A stretch of DNA of 59,609 bases from an uncultured Gammaproteobacteria bacterium (GCA_964609365.1 CAZSRC010000001.1:1-59609), one strand, 5' to 3'. Shown: positions 8,536-18,160, counted from the first letter of the stretch. Notes: generated by a model not told the origin, from the letters alone. Numbers and translations are program-made.

Positions 8536-9189
8536 TTATAAAGATATTTTTATTCCTGGTCCCATAGTAGAGTTTATGCTTAAATTTTTAATATAAACAC
8601 CCTTAGAAGATCCTGGTTTAGCTTTTTTAATAGCATCAATTAAAGTATTTAAATTTTCTTCTAGCTTATTGTTGTCAAAGCTAATTTTTCCAATAATTGC
8701 ATGAACATTACCAGTGTCATCATTTTTAAAGCTAATTTTACCCCTTTTTAGCTCTTCTACGGCCTTAACAGGATTATTTGTTACAGTTTCATTTTTTGGT
8801 GAAGGCATTAAACCCCTTGTTCCTAAGATTTTTGCTATTTTTGCTAAGCTTTTCATTGTTTCCATATCTGCTATAGCAACTTCAAAATCAGTTTTTTCAG
8901 TTCTTTTTATTTCTTCTATTAAATCTTCTCCTCCAACTAAATCAGCCCCAGCCTCTTTAACAGCCTTTTCTTTGTCGGGTGATACAAATGCTGCTACTCT
9001 GATTGTTTTTCCTGTTCCATGAGGAAGACTAACTGCAGATCTTACTTGTTGATCTCCTTTTTTATTATCTATTCCTAATCTAAAATGTGCTTCAACTGAA
9101 GCCTCAAATTTAACTTTATTAAATTTTTTAGCTAATTCAATAGCTTCGGCAATAGAATAACTCTTTTCTTTATCAAATTCTTTTTCCAT
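8536..9189 (-). CDS. rplA: 50S ribosomal protein L1
   Basis: FEASVEAHFRLGIDNKKGDQQVRSAVSLPHGTGK...RGLMPSPK is the L1 signature. Position downstream of rplK. Confidence 0.95.
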   Translation of the reverse strand: MEKEFDKEKSYSIAEAIELAKKFNKVKFEASVEAHFRLGIDNKKGDQQVRSAVSLPHGTGKTIRVAAFVSPDKEKAVKEAGADLVGGEDLIEEIKRTEKTDFEVAIADMETMKSLAKIAKILGTRGLMPSPKNETVTNNPVKAVEELKRGKISFKNDDTGNVHAIIGKISFDNNKLEENLNTLIDAIKKAKPGSSKGVYIKNLSINSTMGPGIKISL

Positions 9190-9248
9190 ATTTTTTTAGT
9201 GGTTTTAGCGAAATGAATTTCTCCCACCTAATTAATTATTATTTATTA

Positions 9249-9674
9249 TTAATCTTTTATTTCTACCCCCATTTGTCTAGCTGTTCCAGATAGAATTTTT
9301 ATAGCCATTTCTATATCATTGGTATTTAGGTCATTCATTTTTTCTTTTGCAGCTTCCGCTAATTGATCTCTAGTAATTGTGCCAACTTTTTGACTCAAAG
9401 GTTTACTAGAGCCCTTTGTTATTTTTGCATATTTCTTTATTAGCTCTGATGCTGGAGCTGATTTCATTATGAAGTCAAAAGTTCTATCTTCATACACACT
9501 TATTTCAACTGGAACAACTTCTCCCATTTTATCCTTACTAGCATCATTAAATTTTGAGCAAAAATCTTGGATGTTTAAACCATGTTGACCTAATGCTGGT
9601 CCAACTGGTGGAGCGGGATTAGCTTGCCCTCCTTTTATTTGTAATTTTATCTTTGTTAAAACTTTTCTTGCCAT
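9249..9674 (-). CDS. rplK: 50S ribosomal protein L11
   Basis: [41 protein letters not shown] use the ATG at 9674, so the 9-codon upstream extension in the track is unlikely. Confidence 0.95.
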   Translation of the reverse strand: MARKVLTKIKLQIKGGQANPAPPVGPALGQHGLNIQDFCSKFNDASKDKMGEVVPVEISVYEDRTFDFIMKSAPASELIKKYAKITKGSSKPLSQKVGTITRDQLAEAAKEKMNDLNTNDIEMAIKILSGTARQMGVEIKD

Positions 9675-9735
9675 ATTTTTTTTTATAATTTGTAGAAGCA
9701 AATCATTTTTAATTGATTTATCAAATTATATTAAT

Positions 9736-10281
9736 TTATATTTTTTTAATTTGTAAAAAATCTAATTCTACTGGTGTTTCTCTGCCAAACATTGATACGT
9801 TTACTTTTATCTTTCCTTTAGCTTCATCAATATTCGTTATTTTTCCTTCAAAATTTTTGAAAGGGCCGTCATTTATCTTAACAACTTCACCTATTTCAAT
9901 ATCTATTTTGAATTTTGGCTCTTCTACTCCCATTCTTTTCATTAATGATTGAACTTCTTTATCGCTAATTGGTGTTGGAACTGTTCCTACGCCAATAAAT
10001 CCTGTTACATTTGGAGTATTTCTTACAATATACCAAGATTCATCTGTTACTATCATCTCCACTAAAACATAACCTGGAAAAATTTTCTCTTCTACAACTT
10101 TTCTTTTTCCATTTTTTATTTTTATTTTTTTTTCAATAGGTACCAGGACGTTAAATATTTTATCACTAGCATCAAGAGTTTCTATTCTCATTTTTAAATT
10201 ATGAGCGACATTCTCTTCATAACCAGAATAAGTATGTAAAACATACCAGCGCCTTCCTTGATTTAAATTTTGTTTAGCCAT
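9736..10281 (-). CDS. nusG: Transcription termination/antitermination factor NusG
   Basis: RWYVLHTYSGYEENV...FPGYVLVEM...FIGVG..P.P plus a C-terminal KOW (GEVVKINDGPFKNFEGKI). Canonical secE-nusG-rplK-rplA order. Confidence 0.95.
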   Translation of the reverse strand: MAKQNLNQGRRWYVLHTYSGYEENVAHNLKMRIETLDASDKIFNVLVPIEKKIKIKNGKRKVVEEKIFPGYVLVEMIVTDESWYIVRNTPNVTGFIGVGTVPTPISDKEVQSLMKRMGVEEPKFKIDIEIGEVVKINDGPFKNFEGKITNIDEAKGKIKVNVSMFGRETPVELDFLQIKKI

Positions 10282-10306
10282 AAGTATTTTAAAAAATTAT
10301 AATTTT

Positions 10307-10492
10307 TTATTTTGTAATTAAATACTCTAATCCAAAATTAAAAATATAGTCTAGAGCACCTAAGAATATAGCTACTGCTAAACTTAAACCTATAACCAAA
10401 ACAGTGTATCTATAAGTTTCTTTCTTGCTTGGCCAGCTAACTTTTTTTATCTCTGTTACTGACTCCTTAACATAATTAGTTATTTTTCCCAT
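10307..10492 (-). CDS. secE: Preprotein translocase subunit SecE
   Basis: 61 aa. 'ITNYVKESVTEIKKVSWPSKKET' followed by a single TM. Located immediately upstream of nusG. Confidence 0.9.
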   Translation of the reverse strand: MGKITNYVKESVTEIKKVSWPSKKETYRYTVLVIGLSLAVAIFLGALDYIFNFGLEYLITK

Positions 10493-10532
10493 ATTATTTA
10501 AATTAAAAACAGCCTTTTTTGGCTATGTATAT

Positions 10533-10561
10533 ATAATAATAAATTAAGCTTAATATGTCAA
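10533..10561 (-). promoter_or_regulatory. Promoter of the secE-nusG-rplKA unit (TTGACA-N17-TATTAT)
   Basis: Minus-strand TTGACA at 10561-10556, 17-nt spacer, TATTAT at 10538-10533. Confidence 0.5.
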
Positions 10562-10648
10562 GGAATCTAAAAGTGCTTGTTTGATTTTTTATTTTTTTTA
10601 TTGTATTATTAAAAGGTAATATTTATTCAATTTTTTTAATAATTTTAT

Positions 10649-12358
10649 ATGGTCAGTCCTCATTTAATAAAAAAGAAAGAGGGTCGTTTTAGCTTGAATG
10701 TTAATGCGAAAAAACTTTTTCAGTTAATTTATATAAAAAAAAATAAATTATCATCACCTTCGGATGATTCTTCAAAAATAATGGTTTCCACAATGGTTTC
10801 TCGTTTGTCTTTTTTTTATGAAAAAATTAGAAATGCTGTTGACTATGAGGACGATCATTTACTTAGAAAAAATGCAATTAAGCGTATTTTTAAAAGACAG
10901 ATAGTTATAGAGGGGATGATAAAAAATTCAAAGAGTCAAGAGATCTCCTTACATTTATTAACAGAATTAATTCAGGCTGGTTACTTGGAGAATAATTCAA
11001 TTCCAGAAAAAAAGATTTATGAGGTAGCTGATATTCTAGAAAAATATATTAAATTAAAAGAGTTTAGTTTTAAAAAGCAAGGATTTTTTTCTGGTTTTAA
11101 TAAAAAAAACAAAGATCAAAAAAATAAAAAAAAGAGAAAAAATAACGAAGAAAAGGTATTACTCGATTGGATATTATCAATGGCTGCGGCCGAAATAGAG
11201 GAAAATTTAACCAAAGATAATATTCAGCAAGAAATAGTCAGTGATATGTTTGATATTTTAAAAGATAATATCAAGTTGCCAAGAGACCTTCCTTTTGAAA
11301 GTGATTTAAATATTCAAATTTATTTAGGAATAGCTAGAAATTTTTTAAATTATGACGAAGACCTTCTCAGTTTTACAGTTTTTAAATATTATAATAAAGA
11401 TTGGGCGAAAATAAGTGATGCTGGCATTGAAGATCTTTCTGAAAAAATTGAAATATTACACTTAGCCATATCTCAGCAATTAAATCACCCTCTGAAAAAG
11501 CAATTAGATAAGATAATTAAATCATATTCTTTATATTATTCAATATTAAAAGAAGTTATTAATGAAAATCCAATTAAGGTTTATGATCAAGCGGTTAATA
11601 ATTACAAATCTTTTAATAATTTAGTTAAAGAAGCTTGCGAAAAAAGATTTAAAAAAATAAAAAAGAAACTTTGGAATTCTGGTTTTAGAAGTATTATTTA
11701 TATATTTTTAACTAAATCAATTTTTGTTTTTTTATTAGAAATTCCAGCAATTAGATATTTTGGTGAAGAGCTAAATGTTATCTCCCTAGCAATCAATGTT
11801 TCTTTTCCTGCATTCTTATTATTTGTAATGATTTTATTTACCTGGGCCCCAGCACAAGAAAATACTAAGAAAATAATTGAAGGAGTTGAGGAGGTTGTTT
11901 TTAGTGAAAAAAGAAGAAAAAGTTCAATTCTTTTAAGAAAACCAGCAAGGAGAAGTTTGGTTATGGATTTTATTTTTAATATCCTTTATTTAAGTGGTTT
12001 TTCCATAACAATTTATTTTATTATTGAAGTGCTGGGAATGATTCATTTTAACTGGGTAAATATAGTAATATTTTTATTTTTTCTAACTTTTGTCAGTTTT
12101 TTTAGTTTTAGAATTAAGCGCGATATTAAGAAGTTTATTATTATTGAGCCAAGTGAAGGATTTATTTCATTTTTGTTTGATTTTTTTTACACCCCAATAA
12201 TAGCTATGGGTAAATTTTTATCAGACAATGCTTCCAAGGTTAATGTTTTTGTTTTTGTTTTAGACTTTATAATTGAAGCACCATTTAAGGTGTTTATCGA
12301 AATATTTGATGATTGGATTAAATATATGAAGGAAAGAAAAGAGGATTTAGTTAATTAA
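10649..12358 (+). CDS. Hypothetical multi-pass membrane protein (soluble N-terminal half, 4-6 C-terminal TMs)
   Basis: 569-aa ORF heading a co-directional, tightly spaced gene string. Contains a K-rich insert (NKKNKDQKNKKKRKNNEEK) and hydrophobic C-terminal segments. No domain recognised. Confidence 0.6.
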   Translation: MVSPHLIKKKEGRFSLNVNAKKLFQLIYIKKNKLSSPSDDSSKIMVSTMVSRLSFFYEKIRNAVDYEDDHLLRKNAIKRIFKRQIVIEGMIKNSKSQEISLHLLTELIQAGYLENNSIPEKKIYEVADILEKYIKLKEFSFKKQGFFSGFNKKNKDQKNKKKRKNNEEKVLLDWILSMAAAEIEENLTKDNIQQEIVSDMFDILKDNIKLPRDLPFESDLNIQIYLGIARNFLNYDEDLLSFTVFKYYNKDWAKISDAGIEDLSEKIEILHLAISQQLNHPLKKQLDKIIKSYSLYYSILKEVINENPIKVYDQAVNNYKSFNNLVKEACEKRFKKIKKKLWNSGFRSIIYIFLTKSIFVFLLEIPAIRYFGEELNVISLAINVSFPAFLLFVMILFTWAPAQENTKKIIEGVEEVVFSEKRRKSSILLRKPARRSLVMDFIFNILYLSGFSITIYFIIEVLGMIHFNWVNIVIFLFFLTFVSFFSFRIKRDIKKFIIIEPSEGFISFLFDFFYTPIIAMGKFLSDNASKVNVFVFVLDFIIEAPFKVFIEIFDDWIKYMKERKEDLVN

Positions 12359-12362
12359 TGAT

Positions 12363-13031
12363 ATGAATTTATATATAGTAGCAAGCCCCATAGGTAATCT
12401 AGAGGATATAAGCTTGAGAGCTCTTAGAATTTTATCAGAAGTGGATGTTATTTTAAGTGAGGATACTAGAGTTAGTGGAAAACTTCTCAATCATTATAAG
12501 ATAAAAAAGAGCTTAATATCATTTCACCATCATTCTGGGCCTGGAAAATATAAGCAGGTTTTAGAATTACTTAAAAGTGGTAAATCATTAGCGCTTTTAA
12601 GCGATGCCGGAACTCCAAATATATCTGATCCAGGCGGTCAATTAGTTCAATTTATTAGAGAAAATTTAGAAGATGTTAATATTGAACCAATACCTGGAGC
12701 ATCAGCTATAACGACTGCTTTATCAGTTTCCGGTATAAAGGCTGATAAATTTTCTTTTTTCGGTTTTTTACCTCATAAAAAGGGAAGATCTACAATGATC
12801 AAAGAGATTTTAAACTCTAAATTTCCTGTTATTTTTTATGAGTCAAAACATAGGGTTCAAAAGTTATTACAAGAATTAATAGACCTTAATATGCAAAAGA
12901 AAATTATGATTTTCAGAGAGCTAACTAAAATGCATCATAGTTTTTATAATGATGATCTAGTTTCTTTGTATAAAAAATTTGAACAAGATAAAAATAATTT
13001 AAAAGGAGAGTTTACTATAATTATTTATTAA
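12363..13031 (+). CDS. rsmI: 16S rRNA (cytidine1402-2'-O)-methyltransferase RsmI (tetrapyrrole-methylase fold)
   Basis: LYIVASPIGNLEDISLRALRILSEVDVILSEDTR...LLSDAGTPNISDPG. Confidence 0.85.
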   Translation: MNLYIVASPIGNLEDISLRALRILSEVDVILSEDTRVSGKLLNHYKIKKSLISFHHHSGPGKYKQVLELLKSGKSLALLSDAGTPNISDPGGQLVQFIRENLEDVNIEPIPGASAITTALSVSGIKADKFSFFGFLPHKKGRSTMIKEILNSKFPVIFYESKHRVQKLLQELIDLNMQKKIMIFRELTKMHHSFYNDDLVSLYKKFEQDKNNLKGEFTIIIY

Positions 13032-13037
13032 AAAATT

Positions 13038-13556
13038 ATGCCAATTCTAGATTTAATTTTAATAGTTTTTTTGGGTGGATTTGCTTTATATGGTTTTTAT
13101 TTGGGTTTTGTTAAGATGGTTTTAAAATTATTAGCATCGATTCTTTCTATCATTTTTGCTATTAACTCTTATTTGACTTTTTATCAAATATTTCCATCTA
13201 TAGGATTTGGATCTGAAAGCTTGGGTAAGTTTTTATCTTTTATTATTGTTCTAACTTTAATTAACTTTGTTTTAAGTTTTCTTATTTCAATAATCGCTAA
13301 GGTGTTAAAAATTATTACCGGACTTCCTTTTATATCCTTTATTAATAGAGTTATGGGATCTTTATTGGGATTTGCCCAAGCTTTATTTATTTTGGGTGTG
13401 GTAATTTTTATTATGTCCAGATATGCTATAAGCAACAACCTGTTAAATCATTTAATTATAGGCTCAGATTTGTCCCCAATCTTGCTCAGAAGTGTTAATT
13501 GGTTAGAGCCATTATTTCCCAGCGCCCTAAGAATTTTAGAATCTGCTATTAATTAA
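13038..13556 (+). CDS. CvpA family membrane protein
   Basis: N-terminal ILDLILIVFLGGFALYGFYLGF and a 4-TM profile typical of colicin V production protein family members. Confidence 0.65.
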   Translation: MPILDLILIVFLGGFALYGFYLGFVKMVLKLLASILSIIFAINSYLTFYQIFPSIGFGSESLGKFLSFIIVLTLINFVLSFLISIIAKVLKIITGLPFISFINRVMGSLLGFAQALFILGVVIFIMSRYAISNNLLNHLIIGSDLSPILLRSVNWLEPLFPSALRILESAIN

Positions 13557-13560
13557 TTTT

Positions 13561-14163
13561 ATGGAGTTGAGAAGAATTTTAGATGAAAATGATGAAAAAT
13601 TTTTAGTAAAAAGCTTCAAGGAATCAAAGACCATGGTATTACTCAGTGATACTGTTTATGGAATTAGCTCCTCTTTAAGAAGTTTGGCAATTAAAAATAT
13701 TTATAAAATAAAAAAAAGAGATAAATCTAAGTTGTTTATTATTTTAGTTAGTGATTTATTAATGTTAAAAAAATATTTTTTTGTTTCTAGTCAACAAGAT
13801 TTTTTTATAAAAAAGAGTTTGTCAGATAAAAATAGCAGAGCTATTAGTTTTATTCTCAAACCAAAAAAAGATCTTTTATTTTTTTTAGATAATAATTATA
13901 AGAATGGTGTTGCTGTTAGGTTGCCAAAAAGTAAATTTTTAATTAAAATAATAAAGTTGATAAAGGAGCCAATAATTTCAACTAGTTGTAATATTAGTGG
14001 AGAAAAATCTTTAAATAATTTAAAAGATATAAAAAATTTTTTTGAAAAAAGAAACTATAGGCCAGATTTAATTATCTCAACTCCTTACTTAAGGCCCAAG
14101 AAAAAAGCCTCAAAACTTGTAGATATTAGGGATATTAACAATGTTAAAAATATAAGAAATTAA
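13561..14163 (+). CDS. Sua5/YciO/YrdC/YwlC family protein (TsaC-like threonylcarbamoyl-AMP synthase)
   Basis: 'LLSDTVYGISSS', 'KIKKRDKSKLFIILVSD' and 'STSCNISGEKS' correspond to conserved YrdC-fold motifs. Confidence 0.7.
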   Translation: MELRRILDENDEKFLVKSFKESKTMVLLSDTVYGISSSLRSLAIKNIYKIKKRDKSKLFIILVSDLLMLKKYFFVSSQQDFFIKKSLSDKNSRAISFILKPKKDLLFFLDNNYKNGVAVRLPKSKFLIKIIKLIKEPIISTSCNISGEKSLNNLKDIKNFFEKRNYRPDLIISTPYLRPKKKASKLVDIRDINNVKNIRN

Positions 14164-14166
14164 AAT

Positions 14167-15417
14167 ATGAATATTAAATTTAAAAAAGTATTTGATAAAA
14201 TTTTAAGAATTTTTGTAATTGCTATTTTGACAGTATTTGTTTTTTTTAGTGGCGCTTATTTAGCCGTGGAAAATGATGTAGTCAAGTCTTTGGCTGAAAA
14301 AGAAGTTTTATATCTAGGAAAAATTAAAGGTAAATATAGTAATGTTGATGGTAATTGGGTTCAGAATGTTAATTTTGATTTATATTGGGATGTTTGGGAT
14401 ATGTTAAAAAATGATTATAAGGGCAGTGATCAGTTAATTGATAAAAAAATGTTTTACGGATCATTAAAGGGGCTTGTTTCATCTTTAGGCGATCCTTATA
14501 CAGAATTTATGGACCCAAAAGAAAACAAAGATTTTCAAGATGATATGTCTGGAACTTTTGAGGGAATAGGAGCTGAAATAGGTATAAGAGATGGAATTTT
14601 AACCATAATATCGCCAATAGACGGCACTCCTGCGCATAGAGCTGGTTTAATGGCTGGAGACAAAATTTTAGAAATAGACGGAGAGGATACAAAAAATATG
14701 AATATTAATGAGGCTGTTAGTAAAATTAGGGGAAGCAAGGGTAGTGAAGTAGTCCTAAGTGTTTTTAGAATGATTTCTGGTGAGATAGAGGAGTTCAAAA
14801 TAAACAGAGATACAATTATTATTAAAAGTGTAAAATATCAAGAAGTAGATGAAAATATTTTTCTAATAAAAATTAGTGCTTTTAATAATGACACTGATTA
14901 TTTATTCTCCGAAGCTGTTACTGAGTTTTTAAAAAAAGATTATAAGGCGTTGATTCTTGATCTAAGAAATAATCCCGGTGGATACCTAGAAACATCAACT
15001 TTGCTTTTAGGTGAGTGGATCAATGACCAGGTTGCCGTTATTGAAAAGTTTTCTGATAACAGGAGTTTAGATTATCCAGCTAAAGGTTTGAATAGATTGT
15101 CGAATACTAAAACTGTTGTGCTAATCAATAATGGAAGCGCCTCTGCCTCAGAAATTATGGCCGGTGCTTTAAGTGATTACAATAAAGCTACAATAATTGG
15201 CGAAAAGAGTTATGGAAAGGGTTCGGTTCAAATGATTAGAAATTTAAAAGATGGCTCATCTATTAAAATTACTGTTGCTGAATGGTTAACCCCAAATGGT
15301 AGAAATATAAATAAAGAGGGGATTGTTCCAGATATTGAGGTAGAGTTGAGTTATGATGATTATTTAAATAATATTGATCCACAGTTAAATTCCGCTAAAG
15401 AGTTTATTTTAAAATAA
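14167..15417 (+). CDS. S41 family carboxy-terminal processing peptidase with PDZ domain
   Basis: N-terminal TM. 'FEGIGAEI..RDG.LTIISPIDGTPAHRAGLMAGDKILEIDG' is the PDZ domain. 'NNGSASASEIMAGAL...GEKSYGKGSVQ' carries the catalytic Ser/Lys motifs. Confidence 0.9.
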   Translation: MNIKFKKVFDKILRIFVIAILTVFVFFSGAYLAVENDVVKSLAEKEVLYLGKIKGKYSNVDGNWVQNVNFDLYWDVWDMLKNDYKGSDQLIDKKMFYGSLKGLVSSLGDPYTEFMDPKENKDFQDDMSGTFEGIGAEIGIRDGILTIISPIDGTPAHRAGLMAGDKILEIDGEDTKNMNINEAVSKIRGSKGSEVVLSVFRMISGEIEEFKINRDTIIIKSVKYQEVDENIFLIKISAFNNDTDYLFSEAVTEFLKKDYKALILDLRNNPGGYLETSTLLLGEWINDQVAVIEKFSDNRSLDYPAKGLNRLSNTKTVVLINNGSASASEIMAGALSDYNKATIIGEKSYGKGSVQMIRNLKDGSSIKITVAEWLTPNGRNINKEGIVPDIEVELSYDDYLNNIDPQLNSAKEFILK

Positions 15418-15468
15418 AAAAGACTACTTTTAGTAGCCTTTCTATTATTTAGTACGTTAATACGTACA

Positions 15469-15744
15469 TTAATACGCGAGTTCTTTTATCCTTCTGATAA
15501 TCTCATCTATTTCTGAGTTTTGTAGTGCTTTGCTTATTTTAACCTTTTCCATTCCTTCTATTTGTTTTTTAGTTTTTGAGTCTATTTCATTACTCAAATC
15601 CTCTAAATAAGAAAAATGATTTTCAGCTAAAAAATTAATCAAAGCATTTTCATCCTTGAAATTTTCTAAAGTTTTAAAATCTGTATTATACAAAAAGATT
15701 TTTTCAACTTGGCGAGTTTTTTCCCCTCTAAATAGTAAGAGCAT
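15469..15744 (-). CDS. Small hypothetical protein (91 aa)
   Basis: Start chosen at the ATG at 15744, preceded by AGGAGG. The track's longer start lacks an SD. No domain recognised. Confidence 0.45.
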   Translation of the reverse strand: MLLLFRGEKTRQVEKIFLYNTDFKTLENFKDENALINFLAENHFSYLEDLSNEIDSKTKKQIEGMEKVKISKALQNSEIDEIIRRIKELAY

Positions 15745-15814
15745 CTTAACCTCCTTTTTTTTGTGAAACATTATTATATATAATTTAATCATAAATATAA
15801 TTAATTGTCAATAT

Positions 15815-17461
15815 ATGTCAAAAAAGAATCCTAAATTTATTTTTGTAGTTGGTGGTGTTATGTCTGGTGTTGGTAAGGGTATAACTGCTGCATCTATAGG
15901 ACAGATTTTGTCTCATCAGGGCTATAATGTTAGTGCTATTAAAATTGATCCCTATATTAATGTTGATGCTGGAACAATGAATCCGGTTGAGCACGGGGAG
16001 GTTTTTGTAACTGAAGATGGTGATGAAACAGATCAGGATGTTGGCAACTATGAGAGATTTTTAAATAAAAATATTTATAAAGAAAATTACATGACAACTG
16101 GTCGTGTTTATCAAACCGTTATTAATAAGGAGAGAAATTTAGAATATGAGGGAAAATGTGTTCAAGTTGTTCCTCATATCCCAAGAGAAATTAGAGAAAG
16201 AATATATAAGGCCGTTGAAAAGACAAAAGCTGAAATTATGGTTATTGAAATTGGTGGTACTGTTGGAGAATATGAAAATTTATTATTTTTAGAAGCAGCT
16301 AGAGTGATGAAATTAAAAAACCCAGATGATGTTTTATTTGTAATGGTTTCCTACCTACCAATTCCTAGTAAGGTCGGTGAAATGAAAACAAAGCCAACTC
16401 AACATGCAGTTAGAACTTTAAATACTGCCGGAATTCAACCCAATTTTATAGTAGCAAGATCAGAAAAAGACATAGATGATATTAGAAGGGGAAAGATCGC
16501 TGTTCATTGCAATATATCAAAAGATGATGTTATTGCCGCCCCTGATATTGATTCTATTTATGATGTTCCAATAAATTTTGAAAAAAACAACCTTAGTAGT
16601 AAAATATTAAAAAAAATAAAACTAAAATCTAAGAAAAATAAGGAATCTGAAAAGGCTGAAAAAAATTGGCAGAAAATGATTAATAATATAAAAAATACCA
16701 AAAAGCAAATTAAAATTGGTATAGTTGGAAAATATTTTACAACTGGAGATTTTTCTTTGGGTGATTCATATATTTCTGTAATAGAGGCTATTAAACATGC
16801 CGGAGCTTTTAATAAAGTAAAGCCAATATTAGAATGGATTAATACAGAGGAAATAGAAAAAAATGGCACTAAATGTTTAAAGGGCTTAGATGGAATAATT
16901 GTTCCTCAGGGTTGGGGTAATCGTGGCTCGGAAGGTAAAATAAAAACAATTCAATATTGTCGAGAAAAAAAAGTTCCTTATCTTGGCCTATGTTATGGTA
17001 TGCAAATGGCTGTTATTGAATTTGCTAGAAATGTTTGTAAAATAAAAGATGCTAGTTCTGAAGAGATAAATGTAAATAGTAAAAACAAAGTTATTCATAT
17101 TATGCCAGAGCAGGCTAACTTGATAAAGGAAAAGGGCTATGGCGGAACAATTAGACTAGGGTCTTGGCCTTGTAAGATGAAGAAGGGGACAAGGCTTATG
17201 GATGCTTATAGGAAAATGGGCTATAAAGATATAATAAATGAAAGACATAGACATCGTTATGAATTTAATAATGATTACAGAGACTTATTTGAAAAAAGGG
17301 GCTTAATCATTTCTGGCACATCTCCTGACGGTCAAATAGTTGAAGCAATTGAAATAAAAGATCATCCTTTCTTTGTTGGAGTTCAGTTTCACCCAGAGTA
17401 TATATCCAGGCCTTTAAATCCTCATCCTTTATTTGTTGAATTTATTAACTCTTTGAAATAA
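15815..17461 (+). CDS. pyrG: CTP synthase
   Basis: KFIFVVGGVMSGVGKGITAAS...DPYINVDAGTMNP..HGEVFVT.DG.ETD.D.G.YERF, and a C-terminal GATase with GLCYGMQ and HRHRYE. Confidence 0.97.
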   Translation: MSKKNPKFIFVVGGVMSGVGKGITAASIGQILSHQGYNVSAIKIDPYINVDAGTMNPVEHGEVFVTEDGDETDQDVGNYERFLNKNIYKENYMTTGRVYQTVINKERNLEYEGKCVQVVPHIPREIRERIYKAVEKTKAEIMVIEIGGTVGEYENLLFLEAARVMKLKNPDDVLFVMVSYLPIPSKVGEMKTKPTQHAVRTLNTAGIQPNFIVARSEKDIDDIRRGKIAVHCNISKDDVIAAPDIDSIYDVPINFEKNNLSSKILKKIKLKSKKNKESEKAEKNWQKMINNIKNTKKQIKIGIVGKYFTTGDFSLGDSYISVIEAIKHAGAFNKVKPILEWINTEEIEKNGTKCLKGLDGIIVPQGWGNRGSEGKIKTIQYCREKKVPYLGLCYGMQMAVIEFARNVCKIKDASSEEINVNSKNKVIHIMPEQANLIKEKGYGGTIRLGSWPCKMKKGTRLMDAYRKMGYKDIINERHRHRYEFNNDYRDLFEKRGLIISGTSPDGQIVEAIEIKDHPFFVGVQFHPEYISRPLNPHPLFVEFINSLK

Positions 17462-17486
17462 TAATAATTACTCTCTAAATAAATAA

Positions 17487-17528
17487 AAAAGGGCATCCTT
17501 AGTGGATTGCCCTTATTTTTTTTGTTGA
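17487..17528. terminator. Bidirectional terminator between pyrG(+) and the lipoprotein gene(-)
   Basis: Imperfect GC-containing hairpin aagggcatcc...ggattgccctt, flanked by an A-run and a T-run. Confidence 0.5.
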
Positions 17529-17532
17529 GCCA

Positions 17533-18060
17533 TTAATGGCTAACAAAGGTGATAATGTTATTAACATTATCATCATTTGCTAGGCCGTAGCACAAAAACC
17601 AGATTCTCTGACTACCGTTTAACACGGAGATATTGTATTTCAATGTATGGCCGATCTCCGACCTAATAGTGTAGTAAATGTAGCCATCAGAGATTTTTGT
17701 AATTGTGTAAGTAGCGTCATTTGCTACATTCTCGTAAATAGTCACTCCTCCAGGTCCTACGTGGGGGATTTCAAATCTTTCCAATCTTAATGGATTAGGA
17801 TCAATTTGAGATCCGTCTAGGCTCATCCTGAACTGATAGTCAAAAATAGCGATGCCATTTACACTTGTGCCAACTGGCGTTTTTCCAATTTCTTGAACTG
17901 GACTTGGCTTACAACCAGTCCATACATATGAATAGTTATTGTCGCCACCACCATTACCAGGGTTTCTAGGTATGTTTGGTGTTGCCATGTCATATTTCTT
18001 GCAGGAGCTTAATAGAGCTACAACCGCAATCACCATAAATAAGAATCTTGTTGTTTTCAT
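17533..18060 (-). CDS. Lipoprotein, function unknown (compositionally atypical)
   Basis: MKTTRFLFMVIAVVALLSSCKK is a signal peptide plus lipobox Cys. SD GGAG upstream. G/P/T/V-rich, and visibly more GC-rich than its neighbours. Confidence 0.7.
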   Translation of the reverse strand: MKTTRFLFMVIAVVALLSSCKKYDMATPNIPRNPGNGGGDNNYSYVWTGCKPSPVQEIGKTPVGTSVNGIAIFDYQFRMSLDGSQIDPNPLRLERFEIPHVGPGGVTIYENVANDATYTITKISDGYIYYTIRSEIGHTLKYNISVLNGSQRIWFLCYGLANDDNVNNIITFVSH

Positions 18061-18087
18061 ATCTTGGTTCTCCTTTTTTTATTTTTT

Positions 18088-18142
18088 TTGGTTAATACTT
18101 AAAAAACTTCTTTTTTAAAAAAATCTTTTAAGTATTAACCAA
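18088..18142. repeat. Long perfect inverted repeat (17-bp arms, 21-nt spacer)
   Basis: ttggttaatacttaaaa at 18088-18104 and ttttaagtattaaccaa at 18126-18142. Lies between the stop of the GT4 gene and the start of the lipoprotein gene. Confidence 0.8.
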
Positions 18143-18160
18143 GTCGGAGAATCAAGTATT

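Noticed and set aside
8714-9022. Antisense or out-of-frame ORFs inside conserved genes. Examples are 8714-9022, 9713-9952, 13184-13438, 14507-14798, 16558-16869, 18252-18674, 32130-32564, 32703-32927, 36500-36685, 41348-41542, 44328-44549, 50240-50464, 52780-53046, 54731-54940, 55095-55277 and 58103-58546.
   Set aside because: Each lies wholly within a longer ORF on the other strand or frame that has clear family motifs. Their translations are F/I/L/S-rich, as expected for antisense reading of AT-rich coding DNA.
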